Below, in pieces: positions 1 to 12,900 of a stretch of 64,000 bases of DNA (position 1 is its first letter; each line of letters begins with the position of its first letter). The DNA lies in NCBI RefSeq assembly GCF_036321535.1, contig NC_087472.1, forward strand, positions 100,504,001 to 100,568,000, read 5' to 3'. A program made the position numbers and the translations under genes. This stretch comes from Camelus dromedarius. Its lineage: Eukaryota. The notes under the pieces were generated by a model that was given only the letters and a program-made list of their open reading frames with translations, was not told the DNA's origin and did not search any database.

Positions 1-654
1 GGTTTTCATTACGGTAACTGCTTAAGTTCTTCAGTATTATTTTTATTTTTTAATTTTTTTCAGTGTTATTTTTGTTGTAGTCTATTGTAGTTCACAAGTC
101 TCCTCAAGAGTATCAAGAACATGTTTATACATGCTGAATGTTCTTATATTTGAGAATTGAGATGTTATCTTAAATATACTTCCTCAACACCTCACTGAAT
201 AAATAATTTTCAAAAGATTTCTAAAGGCTTAGCACTCATGAGAATGGGGAGGCAAATCATTAAAGAGAAATTTATAACTAGGACGTGTCTTGGCAGGAAC
301 CAGCAACCAAACCCCCATTTGAGACTGCTAGCTGGACCAGACTTCGGGGATAAAGTGGTCCCGCCCCATCCCTTAGTTAATGACAGTGAAGCCTGGAGCA
401 GCTAAGTGACTTAACCTAAGTTCACACAGCTGCTTGCCCCACATTACACAGAGGCAGCCCATGGCTTCTCTGACTCCTACTTCTGTATTTCTTTCTGCAA
501 TACATATACCATATATTACAGAACAATCTTCGTGGTAAGCAGTGTGTCAACTCACATTCTATCCTTAGTTGCACGAAAATGACCTACTGTTATTAATGAA
601 TTCACTTAAATGAAATTAATAATAATCACTATTACTGCTTGTGCACATAGTAAA

Positions 655-1080
655 TGCCTGGGAGTCTTCAGACATCTCATTCTGCTCCCAATCTTACAGT
701 ATAGGGATCATTATATTCATGTTATAGATGAGGAAACTAAGGGTCAGAGAGGATAAAACTTGTTCATGTTCAGTCTCTGGAGCCACACTACTTGAGTTGG
801 AATTTGGCCACGACCTTCCTACCTCCATTGCTAGCTATGTGGCTTTGGACAAGTTCCTTTGCCATTCTGTGCCTCAGTTTCTTCATCTGTAAATTGAGGA
901 GAATAACAGTACCTGCTTTATAGGATAGATGTAAAGATGAGATGAGCTAACACTTGTGCCCAGCACAGAGTAAACCCTCAGTATTAATGATCATTACTAT
1001 TATGAGTTATTAAGTAAGAGCAGAGAGCCACATCCAGGACTGCAGATCTCCAAAGCTCAAGCTCTTTTTACTGAGCCAGT
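655..1080. mobile_element. MIR SINEs (a sense MIR at about 771-990 between two antisense MIR parts)
   Basis: Cores tagatgaggaaactaagggtcagagagg and ctgtgcctcagtttcttcatctgtaaa. Confidence 0.7.
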
Positions 1081-2362
1081 TTGCCCCCTCGTTGTTAAAC
1101 TTCTAGGATAAAACAAATCAGTGTATTTTTCTTCCACTGCAGTAGCCTTCTGAGACTTAATCAGGTGATATCTTTACAAAATCCTGTTGGCATGGAATGA
1201 GGCCGAGGGTCTGGAGGCACATGCTGATGCCAGGCGTAGCCTCGGGGCCTCTGGGGAGAGCCAGGACACAGCCAGGGATGGGCAGGCGGCTTTGCCCACT
1301 GGGCTCTTTGTTTGATGTCACTGTTCATCACCATTCAGAAAAAATACTAGTCATTAATTAAAAAACGACTTAGACCAATTGGGTTGTTCTGCCCCAAGAG
1401 CAAAAGCTTCCATATCCACACTTTGAATCTAACTGCTCAAGAACTGTTTTACTTCTCAAGAAGTATCCTTGGTAATTTTAAAAAAATGTAGTAAATGACA
1501 AAATTTGGAAGCAATAATATAGGACAGACAGGGTGTGTGTGTTTCAGCCAATGTATTAGTGGTCTAAAACAGACAGGCCCACCAAGTGCCTCGACACACC
1601 CAAATGTTGTCCTTACCAGCTGAGTATCAGGCTCCTTACTGCAAAGTTTCTTTTAGTTGTGAAATGTTTACTTGTCCTGTGCGTACGGAGAGGTCAAGCC
1701 ATTGGATCTTTTTAATATTTAAACATGCAAAATGTGTGCGGTAGACTGACCTCAGCTTAAATGGAGTTATTCCACGGGAAATTTACAATGTGATTGATGA
1801 TCTTAATAGCAGCCATATTTTAAAATAACTTACCAGGAAGTTGTGTTAGGTCATAGTGTTGAGTGATAGCAATATCATTTTTTTAAATCCTAAATTCATT
1901 GTAAGAAGAGTTACCAGGTGTTGTCATAGAGTAGAGCCAATGTGCCAGTACGTTTCATAATTGCAGTTTGACAAATTATTCAAGTATAAAATGTTTTTGT
2001 GAACTCTCTGGCTGAAAAAATTTGAAAGTAGTATATCTTGTATTTTGTTGTGATTTCTAAACTTATTTCTGTAATATTCCATAAGTCAGAGCATGCTTTG
2101 TGGTCATGTCTCAGGTTCTTTATCCATAAAATGAGATAGTTGTACTCATTGCATCTCTTGGGTTCTTTCTCTACTATTCTCTCATTAAATGTGTACTCAC
2201 TGAGTGATTATAGGACTTGCAGATTTAACTACATATTGGTCTGATAGCATGTTTCCTACTTTTCACAATTATATCTCAAAAGTTCTAGCTTCTTAAAATT
2301 CAATAAATAATTGTTTCATAGTATTAATTGGAAAATTTCATTGTTGTTTTTTTCTCCTACAG

Positions 2363-2410
2363 CTGAATCACCTCTTGTTGGTTTTGTCCCCTACTCCAAT
2401 GGTACTCCAG
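2363..2410 (+). CDS. ADGRG2: ADGRG2 micro-exon (A)[15 protein letters not shown], 48 nt; GC donor at 2411, alternative GT donor at 2402
   Basis: ctcctacag|CTGAATCA...AATG|GTACTCCAG|gcaag; phase 1-1. Confidence 0.85.
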
Positions 2411-4374
2411 GCAAGATTTTGGCAAAATTTAAACCTAGATTTACCCCAATTTGTTAAGTTTTTGATTTAATTTTATCTTTGTATTGTCTTTTTTACCTCG
2501 GGACAAAAGAGGTTGAAACCACAAGCCTAAACGGTAAGAATTTTTCTGAAGCAAGTGAAAATTGATAACCCTTAGTATGAATAGAAGTGTAATTCATGGT
2601 GTTGAAGGTTTCCTTATTCAAATAACAAAGAAAAATTAAAAAATCCCACAAACTGTCAACCCTGAAGAGCAACCTAAACTTTCTGGTTAAATGATAAAAT
2701 TCTCCTAAGTCATGGAGGGAGGACAGCTGCCCACCACTCTTAACTGTCCTGTGAAAGGAAAGCAGTATCGATCACATTTTGAGTGCCCTATTTTCCTTGC
2801 TCTCCGACACAATGCCAACACACTTTTATAGGACAGACTGTTTAAATGTGAAAAGCACATGTAGTGACTTTCATATGATTCAGCCTGGATTTAGAGGCAC
2901 AGAGTGTTCAAAGACAGATGATTTTATCAATTTTAAATAGTATGAAAAAAAAAAAAGCTGGCTTCATCATGCCAGGGAAAAGGGCAAAGAATTGGGCTAT
3001 ATTCGAGGGAGGTGGGCAGGGCAGCACATTCTGTTCCCTTTTCTCTGTGGGTAGACAGCCTTCCATCTTATTGCAGTCAAAACCCAGCACTTTTCACAAT
3101 CCCTTAGTTTAGATGAAATCTCACCATGTGGTTGGTGGTTAAGGAGCTAAAAAACCATAGATGCAACTCACGCTGATCAAAACTGGTTTAAATTCACATT
3201 TGGTCCAATGCGAACGGCCAGACATTATCATTTTTATGTGCAATTACTTTTTACAGTGAAAGAACATCTTCAAAATCGCTCTGGCAGTAGTTTTTGGATC
3301 TCATTCATGTGGGTTTTTTTTTTTTTTAAATGTGATCATGTAATACATGCTCTTTTTTTTCCCCCTAAAGTTTCATCCAGGATAATAAATTCTAGAAGGA
3401 TTTTCATTTAAAGAAATACCGATAGGGTAGATTTTAAATTGAATTTTAAGTGAAAAAGATCAAAATGAGATTTTCCTAAAAGTTTGTTGAATATAATATT
3501 TAAAAACTCCATATTTAAATCAGAATTACTTAAAGATTGCTTTATAAGGGTATACCATTAGGTACAAATGCATTCAGCATCCACCAGGCTAGCTATTAAA
3601 GTTAGTAATAACTGGAACTATCATATCCCTTAGGGACTTTCATTATTACAGAGAAAAACGGGGACATATGATTAAACAACATAAATGGGTTTATTTAAAT
3701 CTAATAATTATAGGAGTGTTGCTGTGTTGTAGTTACATAACTTGTGTTCAGGAAACACATTTTAAATGAATGAATACTTGCTCACGAATTGTCTTGGGGG
3801 ATTGGGAAATGGATATGTGGTGAGAGTGTGGGCAGCAAATACATTTAGTGGTGTCAGATGGCTTTTACAGAATTCTAACTTCTACAGGATGTGGGGAAAA
3901 GTGAAACGTTTAAGGAACCTAGGAAGATGCATGTATCATTAATCATGCCAATAGTTAGACTAATTTTTATCATTTTATTTCAGATGCTACTTCAAGCGTA
4001 TTATCTACTTTGAACAAAACAGGTAATGTAATAGCTTGTCTTCTGTGACTTCTTGAGTTTCTCACTTGTGTGGTCTTCAGCATTAGTCAAAGTTACCTCC
4101 TTATCCGTTTCCTATGCCGTCAGCTGTTTATTTATTACTCGTTTTGCTTTGACATTGAGCTGTAATTCTGGTGTCACCACACTCCTGAACTTGCAAACTC
4201 TTATGGTCATAGCACTATATTTAAAATAACACTTTTTATTATAATAGTAATACATCTTAACTCATGAAAAATTGGGAATACAGAAAAATGCAAAGAAGAA
4301 AATAGCAATCATCTTTCAAAATACTTTCCTAAGACTGTTACTGTTAATAATTTGGTATATTTCCATTCAGTATC

Positions 4375-4407
<33 letters not shown>

Positions 4408-7400
4408 ACAAAATAGTCATAGTTTACATAAATTTTTATAACTTACCGTCTTGACTTCATATTAAATTATAAGTGTTTTCCAGCATCCCTACTACTAATG
4501 ACTTTATAATATTCTGTTGTGTACCATATGTTGAACATTATATTTGTTTCTACTTTTTTAATAGAAATTGTTGCAATAAACATCCTTGTACCAACATCTT
4601 TGCATTCATCTCTGATTTCTGTAGAATGCACTCCAGGGATTGGACTTAATGGGTCAGCATTATGAATATTTTAAGGCCCTTGATACCTCCTGCCCAGTTA
4701 CCTTCTAGAAAGGTTGTACCCAGCAACATTCCTGCCAGCAGTGGATAAGAATGTGTCACTGTACCTTTGCCCTGAGTTGAGACTATGTCATATATTATTA
4801 GATCTTCCTCTCGATTTCTTAGGTTCTATTTTGCATTTTTGATTATTAGTGAGATTGAACATTTTTCCCCAAAAACACTTTTTTACCAGAACCAGAAGTT
4901 CATTTCACAGTTGTGTTTTGTTTGCTCTGGAAAGGAAAATAGCAAAGCAGACAAAATAATATATTTAAAGGATTCTTAATAATAATGCAAAATGCTGTCA
5001 GCCTTTATAATTACCACCAATCATTGCCCGTGGGTCAGTCACATGTTGAAACTGTCAGTATAACATCATCATTCTTAAGTGCTTCTCCCAGATCTGAGCT
5101 TTGTATTTTCTTCAGAATTTGCCACTCACCCTAGGAGACAGTCCTTCTTTGCAAATCTGTGCCCTGAACATAGGCTGTACTAATTCGCCATCCTAACAGC
5201 AAGGATTTCTGAGCCTGGTTCACCATTATCTGGGAAATGAGCCATGGGCTCTGTCCCCAAACTGTGTTGGGAAGATATTTCTAAGTTTTGCTTCTTCAGA
5301 GTGTGTTAATATTTGCCTGTGAGTCATTGACTTTGAACAGTTCTGTCCTGGTTCTGCTGTGAGCTTGTTGTATGACTGTAGTTGGATATTCTCAACCTCT
5401 CTAAGAATAATTTTATCTGTCAATATTATATTACTTTTATTGTATTATATTAACTCCTAAAGAAAATAGCAGGACACTTTCTTGATATTAGAGTACAGTA
5501 GCAATATTTTGGATCCTGTGTATACTGTTTCCATTAATTTTTATTCTGAATCACCTGCTCTCTACAACCTATGACCCAAAGGTCCTGATAGTGACTTAAT
5601 TCTGCATATCTGAATTGTAAGTCCACATTAATTTGTTTAGTAGCAGCTCATGGAAACTGCAGTAGAATTATGCAAACAGTGGGGTGTGTAATGGGTGTGA
5701 TCTAACTGGGTAAACATGGGAATCCAAACCCCAGACCCACCCTGTCAGTGCTGTATGATCTGAGTACGCAACTCTCATTCATTCTGCTGCTAAGTTGACC
5801 AGTAGTGTCCTAAAGGTGTCAACAGTATGATTTTCTTTGCACTTCACTAAAATGATACTCACGGCAAATTGTTTTTTAAAACATGCAACAATTCTGCTCT
5901 AATGTTTAAATTGCTTCTTTGCAGAAAAAACTAAAATCACTATAGTAAAAACCTTCAATGCATCAGGTATGACTTATTATCAATAACAAGATTTTCTTTT
6001 TTTATAACTAAAGTAAAATTAAACAAATGGCTGGTGTTTATGCTTTCTTTCTCTTTTTTTCCTGTCTTTTAAAAATGAAATCTGTTCTTAATGAACAGAT
6101 GTTAATGCACTGGGTACCTGAAATTGTACTAAGTGTTTGGGGTTATACAATAATGATCAGACACAATGCCCACCCTCTAGAATCTTCTAGTGTCTGGGGA
6201 GAGACAAGGCAAACAAACATAACTAAAGTGAGCATGTGTGCAGATAAAGGCACTGATTACACAAGTGATTCTGACATGACTGGTGCTAATGATCATAAGT
6301 GGGATGCAATTTATGTAGGGAAGATTCTTAGAGGCATGGACTTCAAACTCTCTTTAAAGCAAAAAAAGGATGTACTTTTAAGTCCCAAGATTAAAGATAC
6401 ATGATTTGCTTACTGAAGTCTTCTGGTTGATTTAAAGCAGGGGTTGGCAAACTATGGCCTGTGGGCCAAATATGGCCCATCATCTGCTCTTGTAAATAAA
6501 GTTTTATTGGAACACTGCCATACCCATTCGTTTACACATTGGCTATGGCTCCTTTCCCACCACAGTGAATAGCTGAGTAGCTGCAACAGAAACTATGTGG
6601 TCCACAAAGCCTAGAATATTTATTATTTGACCCTTTACAGCCAAAGTTTTCTCATTCATGATTTAAAGGATGACCTGTGGCCATATACTTGGGGGAAATT
6701 ACAGGTAACAGCCCTAGCAATAGGAAAGAAGATTTTCAGTATGAATGAGTAGCAGAAGACTGACATCACTGGCAATGAAGGTGCCACTAAAATCTAGAGA
6801 AAGATGAGAGATGATAGAATGAAAAGCTTAGTGAGCAATAGACCAATGGTTGTAAAGAACATTTAAAGCATCACTACCCACCATCTGTATATTCTGTAGT
6901 GTTTGTGTAGTGTGTATCTCCAGTGAATTATATTCATTAGCAAGGAAGTTTAAAATGAAATCTTTCTCTTTTGGTGTGGGTAACGTTGTGGAACAATATA
7001 GAAATCTACCTGGCAGGTAACTTTAGGCACCTAAATTCAGTTTGCTCATAGAATCAAAACTCTTAGCTGAAACATGATGCCTACACACCAAACATCAATA
7101 AATCATTCTGGCAGAAACCATATCACATGCACTAACTCAAATTATCATTTTAGTTTGTGTCCAAGCTAGTTCTCTTAGGAAAGAATAAAGCACTCATAAA
7201 GTGCAGTAGAAATAAAAAAGCAATCAGGCATTGCATACATAATTCTGACCAAGCCAGACCTAACAAGGACAGCCAAATATTTCTTAATATGACAACTTTT
7301 TCCCCTTGGCAGTCTGCTTAACACATTATCAGCATTTGCCTCTCACATTTACTCATAGATTTCTTATCCTTTGCCAAAAGGATGAAAGTAATGAAACAAA

Positions 7401-9955
7401 GATTCTCAGAGGAGTTAATCTAGAGCTTTCTTGAAATCAAAGAAGAGATGGTCCTCTCATTTCACCAAAGGAAAAAGTATTTCTCAGGTTAATATGTATG
7501 AAGGTTTTTGTTCTAACATGGCTTATTTCATCTCCCATTCATCCCTACCTCCTTTGCATGCCTGTGTGGTCTGGTATGGAGGCCATCACATGGCCATCAC
7601 TCCATTTTGCCCTCACTATAACTTTTCATCTATTTGCCAGTATCACTTATTAGATTGTAAGCTCGCTGAGGGTAGGGTCTGTATCTGGAAACTCCCAAGG
7701 CCTATAGAATATGGTAGGTGCTCAGCAAATATTTTTTTAATTTTACGGTTTTTGCCCATGTGAAAGGACATCATGACATTGATGTTATTTCTTACATACG
7801 TTTGCACCAGTAGCTAAGCCCAGCATTAGAGTGCTCATGGGCTCCCCTGCCCAGGACAGGAAGGAGGATCTATGAGTAAGGGCTATTCCATTTAAAGTTT
7901 CTATACTTGATTGTATTCAGGCTGTTCTTTTTATATCAGACAGAAGAGGGATGAGTTGAGACTGGGGCAAAGACGTTTTAGTGAGGAGCAGGGGATCAGA
8001 CACTGACATACTAAAGAATAGTAGAATCCAGTTCCATAGCTGAACTACTAAGAAGTGAAAACTCTCATTCCTTTAGTCTTTGTGGAATTTATCCAGCCAG
8101 TTATATCCAACATATAATATTCTTGATACACGTTTAATGACTGAATTAGTGAATTCTCTTGACAATGTAATATGTAAGTGCAGGTGTTAACATGCTTAAC
8201 CTACTGGGTTGTGTTTTCTTTGCAGGAGTCAAACCCCAGAGAAATATCTGCAATTTGTCATCTGTTTGCAATGACTCAGGTTAGTTCATGTGTACATTAC
8301 ACATTACCACATAAATTAGCGCCGTAGAGAAAGGTTTGTTTTCCTCCTGTTGAGTGTGTGATGTGTGCCTCTTTGATTTGTCTCTTTTCATAACACCTGG
8401 CTACTAAGAGTCTCGAATGAAAACAAAAGTAAATTTTAGATCTGGCTGGAAGTGAGATAATGGGTTAACTTCCTTAATATGAGACCATGAAGCTCTACAC
8501 CGAATATTTTTCATCATAGTTTTAAATCCATAGCTAATACCCTTAGAGTTGATTCATGAACATAATTAATAATGAGCTTAATTATTGAAACCCACTTCTT
8601 GTGTATAAATCCCTCAAGCTTTTCCACAGGACCTTAAGTACTGTAACTTAGAAACAAGATGTTGTCTTTTGCTAAAAATAAAACAAACCACTCTACTAGA
8701 ATATTGAAAACCTCACATACACCTAGTTTAATTAGACGCTAATGCCAATAGTACCATAGTGTATTTTGCTGTCTCTAAGACTGTCCACTATTTTTTTTAA
8801 ATTGAGATGGAAATCTCTTGAGAACATGCTATTTTTGAAATGGGAATATTTTCCCTTCTGCCTTGGGCCAGAAGGAATGAAACAACCACTTTTCTCACGT
8901 TGGTTTGGCTTTCTGGGCTCCCTTCCGTATTAAAACCAATGAAGGCAGATGTGAAAACACAGAAAAACATGGTGTGGCAGGTCAGAACTGGGTCAGAGGA
9001 AGAGAGAAGAGGTAACAAAGTATTTTATAATATTAAAGTCTTAGTGTGACTCCACTGATACAAAAAAGGCAATCATTACAGGAATGTTTTCCTTTTATTC
9101 TGTTCCTCTTAACAGTTTAATAATCTGCTTGTAAAATATAGGAAACAATTTCAAGTAAAGTGAGTTAAAGCTGGATAGTTTAGAAAAGAACAAAACTTTC
9201 TATTGAAAGGATGTCCCACAAGCACTTTGTATGAATGTGAGATTTACTTACAAGAGCCTTCTGCTGAGCTTCCCTACGTGAGCTTTCTGCTGATAGTATG
9301 CTCCAGGTAGAAGATAACATGAAAATACTGGCTGGTTTTAATTAAAGAAAAATCTGTTGCATACATTTCACTTTCATATATTGTGTAACTCTCTTCTCCC
9401 CTTCTCCCCTCCTCTCTTACCTTTCTCTTTACTGAATTCTCCATAATTTCAATATTTTTATGCTTCATCTGTGTTTTGGACTGGTGACTAATGTCTAGCT
9501 TAGTGTTATGTCTGCATGATGTTTGATAACTGTTTGAAAATTGAACATTTAGTCAAAAAAACTGGTCATCTTGAATAACAGATGCCAGGAAGCTGGTTGG
9601 AGTAATGTTTTCCCTAGTTAAGCTACTGAATTGACCATTTGTTTTAGTGTCTGGTGAAAACAACCTCTTCAGGGGACCAACTCATTTGGCACCAGAAATT
9701 CCACAATATCCTGCCAGAAACTAGAAACCTTCACTTCTTGCAGGTTCCAATCTGGGTTCATTAAAGGAAATGGAGGCTTGTGAAAAAACTGAGAACTGAC
9801 CAGGTAGAGTTAGGCTGAGGGTGAAAAAGTGATGGCTTCATGGTTGCTCTGTTACCACTGTGTGCCCAGCACATGTATGAAACACAACGTGTGCTCAATA
9901 AGACTCAAGGATGAACTTGGAGAATGGAGGGATGAGGGAGAGAAATTGTGGTTGT

Positions 9956-9993
<38 letters not shown>

Positions 9994-12900
9994 GTTTATA
10001 AAAAGTTAAGATTTTTTTTCAAAAATGGATAAGTAATTCTATGCATATATTAAGTATCTTGACTGTTAATAATTGAGTAGTGCATTGATTGAAATTTCAG
10101 GTTCAACATGCAGAGTTTGAGTTCTCAGTAGAAAGGTTGCTGAAACAGATCAATCATGTTAATCACTGGTCTAGTGGCTTTGTTGGCCATTGAAGTGGAA
10201 GTGGACCATTGAGTCCTTGGCTATGGGAATCAGTTGTACTTTGGAGTGCAATAAAAGATCAGATGGGGAGACCTTCAGCCTTCTAGTTCAGGAGTTGGCA
10301 ATCCCGTTCACATAGTCCAAATAATAGCCTGCCACATGTTTTTGTAAATAAAGTTTTATTGGAACACAGCTATGCCATTCATTTATATATCATCTATGGC
10401 CACTTTTACCCTAAAACCACAAAGTTTAGTAGTTTCCACGGAGACATATAGCCCAAGAAATCTCAAATATTTACCCTCTGATTTCTTACCAAAAGAGTTG
10501 GCTGAGCCCTGCTCTAGTTTATATGATATCCTTGCCCTTCTGCTCAAGAGGCCAGTTTTTTTTCTGTCTGTAGATTATAAAGTACATACAATGTACTTCT
10601 GTGAAGTCTGTTTTATTTGTTTCAATAGAGCCAAAGGCCCTCAGAGTAACCCTGCACGAAATGCACTGACTGAAACTGAGTTCAGTATTCCCCAAGGCGA
10701 GCATTTTCAGAACAGGGTTTTCTGGCATTTCTGGGATAAAAGCCACAATGAGTTGTTCAACTGAAAAAAAAGGGTTTGCCCTGCACTGTATTCAGGTGTC
10801 AAAGCAAAATCTCAAAATTCGTTCCTAGGAAGGATAGTGCTATTTGGTAGCTATATTTTAAAAACAAAAAGAAAAACCCCAAATGGCAAGGAATAAATAG
10901 ACTTCCATAAGGCTGCTTAACTGCTGAGAAACACTTTTTCCCTCCCGTCCATAGCTACGTAACTGCAGTTAAACAGCTTAAAAAGATTTTTAATGTTAGA
11001 GTCACAGTTCCCCCAGTTATCATCTTTAAGGGAAACAAAATCCTGATGAGAAGCATGTAGGGAGAAAATTTCTTGACAAGGAGACAGGTTTTTGTCTCTT
11101 TCTGCATTCCCACATAAAATGTGTAGTTGATATTTTCTGAAAATTATATTGATAATCATTGAGGAACTTTCTGATAGAAAAGAGTAAATGTGAATAACAA
11201 AGAAATTGATGAAACTCTGTTTATAAAATAATTTGATAATCTTTTTTGGTGACATATTAATCCTCAAACTCTAAGGATACAAGTCTCAAATTTCTTTTTG
11301 AAAATTCATTTTTAGCATTTTTTAGAGGTGAGATAATGTTTCAATATGATGAAGAAAGCAATGTTACCCAGGTAAGTTTTAAAGATTTTTTTATTGCAAT
11401 TTAAAAAGTGAAGTCTAATGTATTTAAAGATTTGTTTATGGTTCAAATTATTTATATTTGGCATATTTACTTTTATGACCAAATTTAAATAAAGTATGTG
11501 TTGTTGAAACACTAGCTTTATCGAGAGGGCTTGACTTCATAATAATCATGATATTTTGTTTAAAATTATATTTTAGTTTTCACTAGGTTTGCTGCTGAAT
11601 AAGAATGTTTACATGATGCAATTTAGTCAAAATTTAAAATTAGACACTCCTAGCAACAAGAAATGTATTGAATCTAAAACTAGTCTTCTCAGTCTGATAC
11701 TGTTCCCCCCATAAGGGATTCACGTACAGTAGTATCAGCCTTCCCACAACCTAGATTTGGTCCGAGGATCCCAGCTAAATGTGGTTCATTCATTCAGTGA
11801 ATATTTCCTGATCACCTACTGTATTCCAGGCAGTGAGCTAGGTGCTCAAAATGCAGTGCTGGTTGCTACCAAGTTTCCCTTTTTCCATTGGGATCTTATA
11901 CTTAAATTTAGAACCTTTCACATAGAGAGCTTTAATGGTGCTCTTTTGGGGGAACCCTTGGAATAACAAAAGATAGAAATTAGCACATCAGACTTGCTGT
12001 CTCAAAATATTTTTGAAAGAAAACATAAAAACATAAAACCAACCATATTGGTTCAGCCAATATGGAGTTGATCATTTGCTAGACAATATTCCATGCAGTT
12101 AAGAGTCACAGTCTTTGGGGTGGAGTCCTTTTGGCGGCCAACAAAACTGAAGAACAGCTTCTTGCTAGAAAGTGTTATAAAACAAAATAGTTGTTGTATT
12201 TTTAATGATTTTGTGCTTCTAACAGAGTGAAATTATGGCTAATGTCACCTTAACTGGAATCCTGTCTCTAAGTGAATTGAAGTGAGTAATCTGTTGTTTG
12301 ATTTAAAACTTAAGACCTCAACTGTGGGAAGATACTTGTTGAGCTATCTTTCCTTTTGAAAACCAAGAATAGGAAAGAGACAGACCCAGAGTTTATAAAG
12401 AATTGGTTCTAGAGTTCTTTGCACAGTAACTGTAGTCACCTGTCAGCAACTAATTTTCCCGTGAGGTTCTTCTCCTGGATGCTATGAAATTATGGAAGAG
12501 TGTTACCAGATCAGGTTAGTTTTGCCTGATGTGCAACAAGCCAGAATGCTGAGAAGCCAAGGTTTGTAGCAAGGAAAGGGTTTATTCCCCAGGCAGCCAC
12601 GGGAGGAGAACAAGTCTCAGATCCACCTCCCCAAAGGCAAGGGACTCGGGGTATTTATAGGATAAAGAATAAAGTAGCAGGGTGGTCTTAGGTATGGGGA
12701 TCGTGGGGAAAGATGATTGGAAAAAGGTGAGTAATCGTCATTCTTCACAGGTGTAACTAAGCTACAGGTCTCTGCAGGTTCAAAAAAGGAGGCACTTGGC
12801 ACAATCTGAGGGTGGAGTTTTCCGCCCTCTGATGCCAAAAGTCACGGAGCAGACACTCGCACATGCCCCGTTGTGGTCCTTTTCAGTCTTAACCAGCTCA

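Noticed and set aside
1..2362. ADGRG2 signal-peptide and preceding exons
   Set aside because: No matching sequence with splice sites found; they lie upstream of the window.
11316..11333. Internal alternative acceptor (ttttttag at 11325) and donor-like AG|GTGAGA
   Set aside because: Either would break the frame with neighbouring exons; no supporting evidence.
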